A stretch of DNA of 46,398 bases from Ilumatobacteraceae bacterium (GTDB lineage: Bacteria > Actinomycetota > Acidimicrobiia > Acidimicrobiales > Ilumatobacteraceae): the NCBI GenBank assembly GCA_044351505.1, contig JBILFO010000001.1, forward strand, positions 1 through 46,398. The letters run 5' to 3'. This document shows positions 8,904 through 18,959 of this stretch, piece by piece. Under the pieces are notes generated by a model, which searched no databases, had not been told where the DNA came from, and saw only the letters and a program-made list of their open reading frames with translations. Position 1 is the first letter of the stretch, and each line of letters opens with the position of its first letter. A program made the translations under genes and the position numbers.

Positions 8904-9881
8904 TCAGCCCTTACCCCAAACGGTGCCGGTGGGGTTGGCGATTGGAACACCGACTGAGTTGCCGTATTCGGTCCATGAACCGTCATACAGCTTCACTTCG
9001 TAGCCCAGAATTTCGCTGAGTACGAACCACGTGTGGGCAGCGCGCTCACCGATGCGGCAGTACACCGTGATCTTCTTTTTGCCATTGATGCCTTTGGCGT
9101 CATAGATGGCCTTCAACTCGGCAGCTGGACGGAACGTGCCATCTGGTGCCACAGCAGCAGTCCATGGAATGTTTTGAGCACCAGGAATGTGCCCAGCTCG
9201 AATGGCCAATTCTTGGAAGCCTGCTGGAGCAAAGATCTTCCCACTGAACTCGTCAGCCGAGCGAATGTCGACCAGCTTGGTCGTGCGATCCACCTTGGAT
9301 GCAATCTTTACGACATCAGCCAGACGTGCTCGCAAGTTGGTGTTGGCCGCCGTGGCAACGAAATTGCCGGCGCGCAGCGTAGGAACGGCGGGCGACAGTG
9401 CGCGACCATCCTTCACCCACTTGTCGCGGCCACCGTTCAAGATGCTCACGTCAGCGTGACCGTATGTGCGGAAAATCCACACACCCCAGGCTGCGAACCA
9501 ATTGTTCTTGTCGCCGTACAACACCACTTTTGTGTCTTTGTTGATTCCCGCAGCTCGTGCCGCTGCTTGGAACTGAGCCTGGCTCGCAATGTCGCGGTTG
9601 ATGGGATCTACGAACTCGGTGTGCCAACGGAAGTTCACCGCGTTGGGAATGTGCCCCTTTTCGTAGACGCCGGGATCGGTGCTCACCTCGATGATGCGCA
9701 CCTTCGGGTTATTCAAGTTTGCTTCCAACCAGGCCGCTTCTACGATCGTGGCACGGGGGGTCTTGGCTGCCGCGGTGTGGTTCGCCGCTTGTGCTGCGGA
9801 TGGCACGATCAGGGCAATCAATGGAACCACCAGCCAGCGCAGCGCGCTGCGCTTGGCAGAGGTGAGTGTGAGGTTTGACAT
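8904..9881 (-). CDS. tandem-domain rhodanese (thiosulfate/3-mercaptopyruvate sulfurtransferase-like) with N-terminal signal peptide
   Basis: Internal ATG 9881 checked. MSNLTLTSAKRSALRWLVVPLIALIVPSAAQA/ANH looks like a Sec signal peptide with an AXA site. Two rhodanese domains, active-site loop CRIGERAAHTW, C-terminal YDGSWTEYG. Confidence 0.85.
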   Translation of the reverse strand: MSNLTLTSAKRSALRWLVVPLIALIVPSAAQAANHTAAAKTPRATIVEAAWLEANLNNPKVRIIEVSTDPGVYEKGHIPNAVNFRWHTEFVDPINRDIASQAQFQAAARAAGINKDTKVVLYGDKNNWFAAWGVWIFRTYGHADVSILNGGRDKWVKDGRALSPAVPTLRAGNFVATAANTNLRARLADVVKIASKVDRTTKLVDIRSADEFSGKIFAPAGFQELAIRAGHIPGAQNIPWTAAVAPDGTFRPAAELKAIYDAKGINGKKKITVYCRIGERAAHTWFVLSEILGYEVKLYDGSWTEYGNSVGVPIANPTGTVWGKG

Positions 9882-9948
9882 GTGGATTTCTGCTTTCTTG
9901 AGGTGAGGAATCGATGCGAAATCAATTCCGACTTGTTTGGTCGGCTTT

Positions 9949-9977
9949 ACCATAATCAGCCCGAAGCCGAAATGCAA
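9949..9977 (-). promoter_or_regulatory. sigma70-type promoter candidate for the rhodanese-YeeE(-queA...) transcript
   Basis: On the minus strand: TTGCAT (9977-9972), a 17-nt spacer, then TATGGT (9954-9949), about 68 nt upstream of ATG 9881. It lies in the largest intergenic gap of the window (9882-10029). Confidence 0.35.
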
Positions 9978-10029
9978 CTTATTTGGTCAACAATTGCCAG
10001 GAGCCGCAAAACAAGCCCAAAAAGCAGGG

Positions 10030-11049
10030 CTAGAACAGTTCCGGCGACCGCTCGGGCGGAGTCAGGCCGAGATGCGCATACGCCGCTGTGGTGGCCACTC
10101 GGCCACGGGGTGTGCGCGCCAAGAGACCTTCCCGAATTAAAAACGGCTCGTAGACGTCTTCGATGGTTTCGGTCTGTTCGCTCACGGCGATGGCCAACGT
10201 CGACAACCCCACCGGCCCACCACCAAAACGCTCGCAAATGATCTGCAGCACCGAACGATCTACTTTGTCCAGACCCAAACGATCGACACCAAACACTCGC
10301 AGCGCTTCGTCGGCAACGGCAGCCGTCACTGCCCCACTGTTGCGCACCTGGGCAAAGTCGCGCACACGGCGCAGCAACCTGTTGGCGATGCGGGGCGTGC
10401 CCCGTGAGCGCGAAGCTATTTCGTGGGCTGCATCGTGATCGATGGCGACATCCAAAATGCCGGCGGCTCGCTGCACGATTTGGCGCAATTCATCGGGTTC
10501 GTAATACTCAAGCCGCGTGACCAACCCAAAGCGGTCGCGCAGTGGCCCGGTGATCATTCCCGTACGTGTGGTGGCGCCAATCAGTGTGAAGCGAGGCAAC
10601 GTGAGGCGAATTGATGATGCCGCTGGGCCCTTTCCGACGACGATGTCAATCTGAAAATCTTCCATGGCCGGATACAAGATTTCTTCGACCACCCGCGACA
10701 AGCGATGCACCTCATCGATGAACAGCACGTCGCGCTCTTCGAGCTTGGTGAGAATCGCCGCCAGATCCCCGGCGCGCTCGAGTGCCGGGCCCGAAGTGAC
10801 GTGGAACTTGGCTCCCATTTCGGCTGCCACGATGCCAGCCATCGTGGTCTTACCCAAGCCGGGCGGCCCCGCCAGCAACAGGTGGTCGGCTGCTTCGTTG
10901 CGCTGGCGGGCTGCTTCGAGCACGATTGCTAGATGCTTCTTGAGTTCTTGCTGACCCACGAAATCTGCCAACTTGCGCGGTCGCAAGGCGCTGTCGGTGC
11001 GCTGGTCGTGATCGTCGCGAGCAATCGGGTCGACAAATTCTTCACGCAC
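10030..11049 (-). CDS. ruvB: Holliday junction branch migration ATPase RuvB
   Basis: 339 aa. Walker [10 protein letters not shown], Walker [10 protein letters not shown], sensor region. 8-nt overlap with ruvA. Confidence 0.95.
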   Translation of the reverse strand: MREEFVDPIARDDHDQRTDSALRPRKLADFVGQQELKKHLAIVLEAARQRNEAADHLLLAGPPGLGKTTMAGIVAAEMGAKFHVTSGPALERAGDLAAILTKLEERDVLFIDEVHRLSRVVEEILYPAMEDFQIDIVVGKGPAASSIRLTLPRFTLIGATTRTGMITGPLRDRFGLVTRLEYYEPDELRQIVQRAAGILDVAIDHDAAHEIASRSRGTPRIANRLLRRVRDFAQVRNSGAVTAAVADEALRVFGVDRLGLDKVDRSVLQIICERFGGGPVGLSTLAIAVSEQTETIEDVYEPFLIREGLLARTPRGRVATTAAYAHLGLTPPERSPELF

Positions 11050-11635
11050 GACGGGCCCCCAACAAACTCAGCGCTTCACGCAACATGGTGGCGGCATCGT
11101 CGCTGAGTGTTAGTTCGCGCAATACGGCGCGAATCTCGGTGTCGTCATATCCCAAACCAGCCAGTGCGTCACGTACGTCGCTCATGCCCCCGCTACCGCG
11201 TTCGCCGATAGCACGGGGCTCGTCAATGGTGGGCAGATTGAGGCGGTCTTTTAACTCCAACAGCAATCGCTCAGCCGTTTTTTTGCCCACACCCGACACG
11301 GTCGTGAGCCCGGCGACGTCACCTGCCAACACAATGTCGACCAGGGCTCGCGGTGAGTGCGTAGCCAAGATTGCCATCGCCAGCGAGGGCCCGATGCCGT
11401 TGGTTTCGATGAGCACTTCAAACGTGCGTCGCTCGTCGCGATCCAAGAAGCCGAACAACGACTCGGCATCGTCACGCACATGGTGGTGCACATGCAAAAA
11501 CGCATCGGTTGTCGGCTCGAGTTCACCGAGTGTGCGCGGCGTAACACTCACCACATAGCCGACACCGGCAACTTCGAGCAGCACGGTCGAGTCGCTCACG
11601 CGCTCGAGCACACGTCCACGCAATGAACCGATCAT
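11042..11635 (-). CDS. ruvA: Holliday junction DNA helicase subunit RuvA
   Basis: 197 aa. MIGSLRGRV start, HhH region [18 protein letters not shown]-terminal domain III. 4-nt overlap with ruvC. Confidence 0.9.
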   Translation of the reverse strand: MIGSLRGRVLERVSDSTVLLEVAGVGYVVSVTPRTLGELEPTTDAFLHVHHHVRDDAESLFGFLDRDERRTFEVLIETNGIGPSLAMAILATHSPRALVDIVLAGDVAGLTTVSGVGKKTAERLLLELKDRLNLPTIDEPRAIGERGSGGMSDVRDALAGLGYDDTEIRAVLRELTLSDDAATMLREALSLLGARRA

Positions 11636-12198
11636 TGCGCTCGTGCTCCGGCCACGCTGCGGGCAAACGGTTCGCTAGCAATATGACACAGCGCTAATGC
11701 CGCGGCATCAGCAGCGTCGGCAGGCGTTGGCAAGGTGCGTAACCCAAATCGCAGTTGCACCATGCGTGCGATGTCGTCTTTGCTCGCTGCACCAAACCCG
11801 GCAACTGCACTCTTTACTTGTGTTGGGGTGTATTGCACCACGCGACAACCACGCAAGGCAGCCAACGCCAACACCACGCCGCTCACTTGCGCCACACTCA
11901 TCGCAGTGCGGGTGTTGTGTTGAAAAAACACCCGCTCGACAGCCACTGCCGTCGGCGCAAACTCATCAAACAACGCGAGTAGATCGGTCTGAAGTTGGGC
12001 CAAGCGCAACGGCAATTCTTCGTCAGGCGACGTGGTCAACACACCGAGTGAGTGCAACGACGGCTGGGCGGTGGCATGGACACCAGGTTGCACGATGGCG
12101 TAACCGCAGCGAGTCAACCCAGGGTCGATACCCAGCACGAGGCCAGCTGACGGGTTGCTGTGCAAGGCATCGTTGGACCCTTGATGGGGGGCGAACAT
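11632..12198 (-). CDS. ruvC: crossover junction endodeoxyribonuclease RuvC
   Basis: GIDPGLTRCGYAIV catalytic N-terminus. Internal ATG 12198 checked. An alternative GTG at 12138 would give the canonical M-LGIDPG start. Confidence 0.85.
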   Translation of the reverse strand: MFAPHQGSNDALHSNPSAGLVLGIDPGLTRCGYAIVQPGVHATAQPSLHSLGVLTTSPDEELPLRLAQLQTDLLALFDEFAPTAVAVERVFFQHNTRTAMSVAQVSGVVLALAALRGCRVVQYTPTQVKSAVAGFGAASKDDIARMVQLRFGLRTLPTPADAADAAALALCHIASEPFARSVAGARAQ

Positions 12199-12208
12199 AT
12201 GTTTGATT

Positions 12209-12667
12209 CTAGCCGATGGCGGTGACGGCATCGACCAATTCTTTAACCGGCCGATAAGTGACCCCAACGACCGCCCGATGGGCGTAGCGAATCACGCCCT
12301 GGGCGTCGAGCACAAAGACGCTTCGCCGCGGCAGGCTCATGAGGCCCAGCACGTCATAGGCCCGATGCACCGCCTTGTCGACATCAGACAGCAACGGGAA
12401 GCTGAAACCGTGTTTGGCTGCAAACTTTTCGTGACTCGCCACGTCTTGCGCCGAGATTCCAATGACCTGGGCTGACAACCCGGCGAACTGGGTCAGCTCG
12501 TCGTTGTACGAGCACAGCTGCTTGGTGCATACCGGAGTGTTGTCTCCCGGATAAAACACCAGCACCACCGGCGCACCGCGTAGTTGGGCGAGTGAATATG
12601 AGCGCCCGCCGGTGCCTGGCAAGGTGAAATCGGGGGCCGCATCGCCAACACCAACTGTTTTGCTCAT
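12209..12667 (-). CDS. bcp: peroxiredoxin (Bcp / AhpC-TSA family thiol peroxidase)
   Basis: Internal ATG 12667 checked. [11 protein letters not shown]...[20 protein letters not shown] active-site motif. The longer track ORF overlaps the yebC 3' end. Confidence 0.85.
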   Translation of the reverse strand: MSKTVGVGDAAPDFTLPGTGGRSYSLAQLRGAPVVLVFYPGDNTPVCTKQLCSYNDELTQFAGLSAQVIGISAQDVASHEKFAAKHGFSFPLLSDVDKAVHRAYDVLGLMSLPRRSVFVLDAQGVIRYAHRAVVGVTYRPVKELVDAVTAIG

Positions 12668-12692
12668 ACCGTCACCGTAGCCCACTGCCCCG

Positions 12693-13442
12693 TCATGAAG
12701 CAGCTGCTTCGAGTAGTTCTTCAGAGATATCGAAGTTGGAATACACATCTTGCACGTCGTCGTGCTCTTCGAGTTCATCCAGAATTTTGAGAATTGCTTT
12801 TGCCACACCCACGTCGGTTACCGCTACGGTTTGCGACGAAACCATCGTGCTCTCAGCCGACTGCACCGGCAATGTTGCGGCTTCTAATGCGGTTTTGATT
12901 TCCCACACTTTGGTGGCATCGCAAGTTACGCGCCATACCGAACCATCGTCGAGCATGTCGTCGGCCCCGTGCTCGAGCACGGCATTCATGACGTCATCTT
13001 CTTGAGCCGCGCGATCCACGAGAATCACGCCGCGCCGGCTGAACTGCCAACCCACGGCGCCAGGGGCTGCCATCGAGCCGCCACCTTTGCTAAAAATTGC
13101 CCGCACATCTGACGCAGTGCGATTGCGATTGTCGGTGAGAATGTCGATGAGCAGCGCCACCCCGCCAGGTGCGTATGCCTCGTAGGTGATTGCTTCGTAG
13201 TTTGAACCCTGCGCTTCGCCCGTTGCGCGTTTGATTGCTCGCTCGATGGCGTCGTTGGTCATCGACGATGCCTTCGCTTTTTGAATGATCGTTCGCAACG
13301 GTGCGTTGGTCGCTGGGTCTCCCCCGCCCGAGCGGGCTGCTACGTCGATTTGACGCGCCAGCTTGGCGAACGTCTTGCCTTTTTTCTGGTCAATGATCGC
13401 TTTTTTGCGTTTGATCGTTGCCCATTTGGAGTGACCAGACAT
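12693..13442 (-). CDS. yebC: YebC/PmpR family DNA-binding transcriptional regulator
   Basis: 249 aa beginning [15 protein letters not shown], the family signature. Same position relative to ruvC and pdxT as mycobacterial Rv2603c. Confidence 0.9.
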   Translation of the reverse strand: MSGHSKWATIKRKKAIIDQKKGKTFAKLARQIDVAARSGGGDPATNAPLRTIIQKAKASSMTNDAIERAIKRATGEAQGSNYEAITYEAYAPGGVALLIDILTDNRNRTASDVRAIFSKGGGSMAAPGAVGWQFSRRGVILVDRAAQEDDVMNAVLEHGADDMLDDGSVWRVTCDATKVWEIKTALEAATLPVQSAESTMVSSQTVAVTDVGVAKAILKILDELEEHDDVQDVYSNFDISEELLEAAAS

Positions 13443-13449
13443 CGTTGAC

Positions 13450-14034
13450 TCAGCCTTGCACCATGTTCAAAAACAACTGATGCACACGATCGTCATCGGC
13501 CAACTCAGGGTGAAACGACGCAGCCATAACGGTCTTTGAGCGTACGAGCACAGGCTCGCCGCCGTGGGTGGCGAGCGTTTCAATCTCGCTCCCGATGCGC
13601 GAAATGCGTGGGGCGCGAATGAATACTGCATGAAACGCACGGTCCAGGCCGTGCACATCAATTTCGGTTTCAAAGCTGTCCAACTGTCGACCAAAACCGT
13701 TACGTTGCACGTCGATATCTAGAGCTGCGAACGACCGCTGGTCGGGGCGCCCGTCGGCGATGCCCCGAGACAGCAAAATCATGCCGGCACAGGTACCAAA
13801 GACGGGCATGCCAGCGGCGATGCGTTTGGCCAGCGGGTCAAATAATTGTGACGTCTCCAATAGTTGCGACATCGTGGTCGATTCACCACCCGGCAGCACC
13901 AGTGCATCGCACTGCTCTAGATCGACTGCAACACGAACCTCTGCGGTGCTTGCGCCAAGCCGTTGCAGCGCAGCAGCGTGAGCAGCAAATGCACCTTGCA
14001 AGGCGAGCACTCCGATGCGGGTGCGCGCCGACAT
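13450..14034 (-). CDS. pdxT: pyridoxal 5'-phosphate synthase glutaminase subunit PdxT
   Basis: 194 aa. GVLALQGAF, PGGESTT and catalytic FGTCAG. Directly downstream of pdxS. Confidence 0.9.
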   Translation of the reverse strand: MSARTRIGVLALQGAFAAHAAALQRLGASTAEVRVAVDLEQCDALVLPGGESTTMSQLLETSQLFDPLAKRIAAGMPVFGTCAGMILLSRGIADGRPDQRSFAALDIDVQRNGFGRQLDSFETEIDVHGLDRAFHAVFIRAPRISRIGSEIETLATHGGEPVLVRSKTVMAASFHPELADDDRVHQLFLNMVQG

Positions 14035-14054
14035 AGGTTCCCCGAGTGGGGTTC

Positions 14055-14954
14055 CTACCAGCCGCGTTCGGCGTAACGCTGGTTAATTTCGTCCATCGCG
14101 ATACCGGTCATTGGTGCCCCGAGTTTGCGGCTGACCTTGGCGATGATGTGCGCATCGCGATAGTGGGCGGTGGCTTCAACAATCGCGCGGGCTCGCGGTG
14201 CTGGGTCGTCACTCTTGAAGATGCCCGAACCAACGAACACCGATTCGGCACCAAGTTGCATGGCAAGTGCGGCATCGGCTGGTGTAGCAATGCCACCTGC
14301 ACAAAACAGTGGCACCTGCAAGCGACCCGTTTCGGCGATTTCTTGCACGAGTGGCAGTGGTGCATCGAGCAACTTGGCCCAACCAAATAATTCAGCCGAG
14401 TCGGCTTGAGTGATTTTGCGAATATCGCCGAGAATCGAACGCAGGTGTCGCACTGCTTCGACGATGTTTCCCGTGCCAGCTTCACCTTTCGAGCGAATGA
14501 GCGCAGCTCCTTCAGAAATACGTCGCAGTGCTTCACCCAGATTGGTGGCTCCACAGACGAATGGAATAGTGAACTTCATCTTGTCGATGTGGAATGCCTC
14601 ATCAGCGGGCGTCAACACTTCGCTTTCGTCGATGAAGTCGACACCAAGGGCCTCGAGCACTTGTGCTTCAACAAAGTGTCCGATGCGCGCTTTGGCCATG
14701 ACCGGAATCGAGACTGCGGCCTGAATGCCTTCAATCATCTCGGGGTCACTCATGCGAGCCACGCCACCGTCTCGGCGGATGTCTGCTGGCACTCGCTCGA
14801 GCGCCATTACAGCGATTGCGCCAGAGTCTTCGGCGATTTTTGCTTGGCCGGGGGTGACCACATCCATGATCACGCCGCCTTTCAACATCTCGGCCAATCC
14901 GCGCTGCACGCGCATCGAGCCGACGGTCTTGTCGGACTTGTCAGGCTTTGTCAT
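14055..14954 (-). CDS. pdxS: pyridoxal 5'-phosphate synthase lyase subunit PdxS
   Basis: Internal ATG 14954 checked. [26 protein letters not shown] and [20 protein letters not shown] are near-identical to characterised PdxS proteins. Confidence 0.95.
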   Translation of the reverse strand: MTKPDKSDKTVGSMRVQRGLAEMLKGGVIMDVVTPGQAKIAEDSGAIAVMALERVPADIRRDGGVARMSDPEMIEGIQAAVSIPVMAKARIGHFVEAQVLEALGVDFIDESEVLTPADEAFHIDKMKFTIPFVCGATNLGEALRRISEGAALIRSKGEAGTGNIVEAVRHLRSILGDIRKITQADSAELFGWAKLLDAPLPLVQEIAETGRLQVPLFCAGGIATPADAALAMQLGAESVFVGSGIFKSDDPAPRARAIVEATAHYRDAHIIAKVSRKLGAPMTGIAMDEINQRYAERGW

Positions 14955-15026
14955 GGTGTTTTTAGCGTACCTATTCACCGCCACGGCGCTTGAACCCAGC
15001 GCAGGTGACACTTGGCGACCAGGCAA

Positions 15027-15051
15027 AGCCGCGGGTGCAGCGGGTGCGGCT
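15027..15051 (-). terminator. weak hairpin directly after the DUF3048 gene stop
   Basis: agccgc-(13 nt)-gcggct, a 6-bp GC stem. On the minus strand it is followed only by UUGCCU, with no real U-tract. Confidence 0.2.
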
Positions 15052-15053
15052 GG

Positions 15054-16118
15054 TTACGGATATTTAAACGAGGTCGGGTCGGTGCCTGGCAAAAACGACA
15101 CGCCCTTAGCCAATCGCGGCAATTCCACCCATGTATTACCCGGGGTTAATTTGATGATGTTGCCCGCAGTGTCTTTGAGCGTGAATGGCTGGGCTGCATC
15201 ATCGCGGGCCCAAGTGCCTTGAAACAGCTTGCCCGCAGTGAACACCCACGCTTCTCCCGAACCCTTGGTCTTGGCTACGGGGCTATACCCGCTCTTGCTG
15301 TACTGCACGTACAGCACCACCACGTTGGCCGCATTTACTCGCACATCGTCAACGTCAACGTGCGGTTTGTCGTCTTGCGAGCGCAAAAAGCGACTGAACT
15401 CGCTGCTCCATTCCCACATCACCCGCACGCCGTCCATCGAAATCTTTACACCACCAGTTTCAAGCGCGGTGGCCGGAATCGCTTCGTCGGCGGCGCGATA
15501 CACGAACTGTGCTGGCGGCGGCAGTGCACCTTCCGGCGCCAGTGTCCAAAATTTGGAGGTATCAGCAATCAAGTTGTGGGGGGCCGAACGCGAGCTCTCG
15601 CGGCGATAACCACCCGAGTCCGTAGCGACGGAGTAACTGAGATCGACGAGGTTGGACGCTCGAATCAGTTTGGTGACCTCGGCATTGCCGCCGCTCCAGG
15701 CGAACAACGGCGCATTCAGCGGCTCGAGCAAGTCGATGTCTTGCTTGCGACCACTACGAATGGGGCCGACGGGATCGCTGTCGTTGGTGTGAAACACCGC
15801 GGCAAAGCGGGTGAGCATCTCGACGTTTTCTTCATACACCACATCGGCTTGGTTCAACCCCCACTGCGGGCGGGCCTTGGGGTGGTTGTCGATTTTGACC
15901 GCGAGTGCCGGGCGCAAAATCGGTGCATCAACAGCCAAACCCGTCAGCGGAGCCAAAATTGGCGGAATCGTCGTGGTCGTGGTCGACTCGACGGTGGTGG
16001 CTGGTGCGACGGTGTCGGACACATCGCTTGTGCTGGACGCCCCGCCGCTACAGGCAGCGAGGGCAACTGCGGCGAGTAGTCCACTGGCAAATGCAACACG
16101 ACGCTGGCCAATAAACAT
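15054..16118 (-). CDS. DUF3048 domain-containing lipoprotein
   Basis: Internal ATG 16118 checked. Lipobox LAAC after a hydrophobic h-region, Thr-rich linker, and VKIDNHPKARPQWGLNQADVVYEENVE, which is typical of DUF3048. Confidence 0.75.
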   Translation of the reverse strand: MFIGQRRVAFASGLLAAVALAACSGGASSTSDVSDTVAPATTVESTTTTTIPPILAPLTGLAVDAPILRPALAVKIDNHPKARPQWGLNQADVVYEENVEMLTRFAAVFHTNDSDPVGPIRSGRKQDIDLLEPLNAPLFAWSGGNAEVTKLIRASNLVDLSYSVATDSGGYRRESSRSAPHNLIADTSKFWTLAPEGALPPPAQFVYRAADEAIPATALETGGVKISMDGVRVMWEWSSEFSRFLRSQDDKPHVDVDDVRVNAANVVVLYVQYSKSGYSPVAKTKGSGEAWVFTAGKLFQGTWARDDAAQPFTLKDTAGNIIKLTPGNTWVELPRLAKGVSFLPGTDPTSFKYP

Positions 16119-16134
16119 TGCGAGCTCCTTGTAT

Positions 16135-17004
16135 TTAGATTTCTCGCAGCAGCGCGATGCGGTCTGCGAGAGGGGGATGGGTATTGAAGAGTTTATGGAA
16201 AAACCCCAACCGACCTGTGTCATTCACCCCCGGCAAAGGCTGCTCAATCCACATATGGGCTGTGGCCATTGACGCTGAATGGGTCACCGTGCTGTCGGCT
16301 TGCAGCTTCTCGAGGGCTGAAATCAGCCCCGGTGGATAACGGGTCAGTTGCACGGCTGACACATCCGCCAAAGTTTCGCGACGCCGACCCACTGCGGCCT
16401 GCATGGCGCGCGCCAACAGTGGCGCCAAAATCAACAGCGCAATACCGATGAGCGCCAACGGGTTGCTGCGATTGTCGCGATCCCCCGCCCGCGCTACTCG
16501 CCCACCGTTCCACCACATCATGCGAATGGTGATGTCGGTGAGGATGGCAACGGTGCCCACCAAGGTGACTGCCAGAGTCATGACCAAGATGTCGTAATTC
16601 TTGATGTGCGACAACTCGTGGGCCACAACCCCTTCGAGCTCCACGCGATTCATTTTTTCCAACAGCCCAGTAGTAACTGCAATGGCTGCGTTCTTTGGAT
16701 TTCGACCCGTGGCAAATGCGTTGGGTGCCGGATCATGGACGATGTAGACACGCGGTTTTGGCAGACCGCCGGCGATGCACAGACCTTCGACCAAATTGTG
16801 CAGACGCTTGTAGACCACAGGGTCGGCTGGCACCGCACGGCTCATGCGCAACGCGATGGCGTCTGACTTCCAGTACGACACGAAGGCCGTTACCGAAGCG
16901 ATAGCGAGAGCAATCAGCGTGCCGAGGATGCCGTTGCCAATCAACACACCAACTGCCATGCCAACCAAAACGAGCACCAGCACGAAACCAAACATCAACG
17001 CCAC
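16135..17004 (-). CDS. htpX: M48 family zinc metalloprotease HtpX
   Basis: 289 aa, 4 TM, HELSHIKNYD (HExxH) motif, NAFATG motif. Confidence 0.9.
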   Translation of the reverse strand: MALMFGFVLVLVLVGMAVGVLIGNGILGTLIALAIASVTAFVSYWKSDAIALRMSRAVPADPVVYKRLHNLVEGLCIAGGLPKPRVYIVHDPAPNAFATGRNPKNAAIAVTTGLLEKMNRVELEGVVAHELSHIKNYDILVMTLAVTLVGTVAILTDITIRMMWWNGGRVARAGDRDNRSNPLALIGIALLILAPLLARAMQAAVGRRRETLADVSAVQLTRYPPGLISALEKLQADSTVTHSASMATAHMWIEQPLPGVNDTGRLGFFHKLFNTHPPLADRIALLREI

Positions 17005-17036
17005 GGAACGGCGCTTGTTCGCCGCGATTAGGTCGT

Positions 17037-17591
17037 TCAGAACTTCACCGACGGCGGTATTGCAGCTGCGGCCTCGACCTCGAGATATTCGCGATCAGCG
17101 AAATTGAACGACTTGGCAAATATGACTCCGGGGAACGACTGCGTGGTGTTGTTGTAGCGCTCAACGGCATCGTTGTAGAACTGGCGGGCGAACGCCACAC
17201 GGCTTTCAGTGTTTTGTAGTTCTTCTTGCAACGCCAAAAAGTTGGTATTGGCCTTCAGGTCGGGGTACGCCTCAGATAAGGCGAACAGCTGGCGCAATGC
17301 ACCGGTCAACCCAATGTCGGCAGCACCCTGGGCAGCCGGGCCGGGCCCAGCCGACATGGACTTTGATCGTGCGTCAATGACGGCTTCGAGAGCACTTTTT
17401 TCGAATGCGGCATAACCCTTCACCGTTTCCACCAGGTTCGGAATCAGATCAAGGCGACGCTTGAGTTGCACATCGATCTGAGACCAGGCGTTGTCCACTT
17501 CGTTGCGCCGACTGATGAGCCGGTTGTACGACATCACTACCCACACCACCAGAAGCACTGCGACAACGAGCACAATCCACAGCGTGTTCAT
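17037..17591 (-). CDS. lemA: LemA family protein
   Basis: Internal ATG 17591 checked. N-terminal TM, then YNRLISRRNEVDNAWSQIDVQLKRRLDLIPNLVETVKGYA. The longer track ORF overlaps the pimA 3' end. Confidence 0.85.
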   Translation of the reverse strand: MNTLWIVLVVAVLLVVWVVMSYNRLISRRNEVDNAWSQIDVQLKRRLDLIPNLVETVKGYAAFEKSALEAVIDARSKSMSAGPGPAAQGAADIGLTGALRQLFALSEAYPDLKANTNFLALQEELQNTESRVAFARQFYNDAVERYNNTTQSFPGVIFAKSFNFADREYLEVEAAAAIPPSVKF

Positions 17592-17601
17592 GATGGTCAG
17601 G

Positions 17602-18894
17602 TTAGTCGTCGTCCGAGCTGTCACCAGTGACGCGTTCACGCCACATTTGTGACTTGTTACGCAGTGTGGCAACGGTGTCGGTGACCGACTCCGACACCGT
17701 GCTGACCATGTTCTGTGAAAGTCTGGCGAAGCGTGGTCGACGCAGCAAGCGATCTTCGAAATACCTGACGAACGCGCTCGGCTGCACGACGATTCGCTCC
17801 TCTGCTTCGGCAATAAGCACTGCCCGATAAATCTCGAGATAACGCATCGCCAACGACTGCATCGACAGTTGAGCAGCGCGCGCATCACCACCGGCCACCA
17901 GGCGCTGACTGAACATCGGGTCATCCACCACTGTTTGCACGGCATAAGCGAGCGCGGCTGGGTCGCCGGGTGGCACCAGCACACCATCGACGTTGTCGGT
18001 CACCACAATGTTGTAGCCGTCAATATCACTGGCGACCACTGGTGTTCGGGCCGCCATGGCTTCGAGCAGCACCAACCCGAATGACTCACCGTGCAACGAC
18101 GGTGCGCAAAACACACTGCAGCGCGCCAAGCGATCTAGCTTTTCGGGCTCAGACACCTGACCGAGCCAATCGATACGCGCAGCCACTTGTGGATCGCGAC
18201 TAAATCGCTTGCGCACGTCGGCGATGTGCGGGCCATCAGCACACACCCAGAGTCGGTAGTGGCTCGGCATCAACATGAACGCGTCAAGCAACACCTCAAG
18301 ACCCTTGCGCGGCTCGTGACGACCACAAAATAACACCGTCGGAGTTTGCTCACGTGTGACGTTTGGTCGTCGATACGTCTCAATGTCGATTCCGTTGTAC
18401 AACACTTCGAAGGTGCCACCCACATGGCGCACGGCCATATCACGGGCGGCCTCCGACACCGCCACCCGATGGTCGAGATGGGTGCCTAGCCACTCCACTC
18501 CTTTGCGCACCCGGCGGTACCACGCAATGTCGCCCGCAGCATGAAACGTGCCGACCATCGGTGCCAGTCGCAACATCAACGCAGTTTGTGTCGGGCCGGG
18601 CGCGATGGGTTCGTGCAGATGCAGGATGTCGAACGCTTCATCATTGAGCGCCCGCAGCGTGCGCAATGCCGCCGAGGGATCCGGCGCCAACGGCGCCGAC
18701 GAACCATTGGCCGCCGTCGGCAGGCTGTTGCCCAGCGGTGTTACGAACGGCTCGGGTGGCGGCCCGTCACAAGGCCCGAGCACACGCACTTCGTGACCCA
18801 TGCGCCGCAACTCGCGCGCCAAGCCCAACACTTGATGTTGCACACCGCCAGGAATCGTGAGGCTGTAGGGGCTCACCATCGCGATTCGCAGCAT
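17602..18894 (-). CDS. pimA: GT4 glycosyltransferase, phosphatidyl-myo-inositol mannosyltransferase PimA-like
   Basis: Internal ATG 18894 checked. MLRIAMVSPYSLTIPGGVQHQVLGLAREL and ESFGLVLLEAMAARTPVVASD align with mycobacterial PimA. Synteny with patA, pgsA1, HIT and thrS. ~60-aa C-terminal extension. Confidence 0.75.
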   Translation of the reverse strand: MLRIAMVSPYSLTIPGGVQHQVLGLARELRRMGHEVRVLGPCDGPPPEPFVTPLGNSLPTAANGSSAPLAPDPSAALRTLRALNDEAFDILHLHEPIAPGPTQTALMLRLAPMVGTFHAAGDIAWYRRVRKGVEWLGTHLDHRVAVSEAARDMAVRHVGGTFEVLYNGIDIETYRRPNVTREQTPTVLFCGRHEPRKGLEVLLDAFMLMPSHYRLWVCADGPHIADVRKRFSRDPQVAARIDWLGQVSEPEKLDRLARCSVFCAPSLHGESFGLVLLEAMAARTPVVASDIDGYNIVVTDNVDGVLVPPGDPAALAYAVQTVVDDPMFSQRLVAGGDARAAQLSMQSLAMRYLEIYRAVLIAEAEERIVVQPSAFVRYFEDRLLRRPRFARLSQNMVSTVSESVTDTVATLRNKSQMWRERVTGDSSDDD

Positions 18895-18959
18895 GTCGTT
18901 GCGGCGCTGCTCTGATGGGCTCGTCTCCACCCCCCTCACGGTACGGTGGGCGGAGCGCT

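Noticed and set aside
9033-9878. 281-aa plus-strand ORF opposite the rhodanese gene. Similar antisense ORFs occur at 222..899, 15219..16079, 19956..20729, 23273..23953, 24372..25115 and 44407..45333.
   Set aside because: Each is antisense to a gene with clear family motifs. None has a recognisable domain.
14986-15002. Hairpin gcgct-tgaaccc-agcgc upstream of pdxS. On the minus strand its loop reads GGGTTCA and looks like a tRNA T-loop.
   Set aside because: The flanks cannot form T-stem, acceptor and anticodon arms in tRNA register. The 99-nt gap holds no cloverleaf. It is probably just a small 5'-UTR hairpin, and I know of no riboswitch class to assign it to.
17592-17987. 5' extension of the LemA ORF. 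Similar 5' extensions occur on the track ORFs for ftsZ (45498-45674), dnaE (34800-34895), pdxS, bcp, the DUF3048 gene, pimA and tgt.
   Set aside because: The extensions overlap the 3' ends of upstream genes. They show no homology and have atypical Cys/Arg/Trp-rich composition. In each case an internal ATG that I checked coincides with the onset of family homology.
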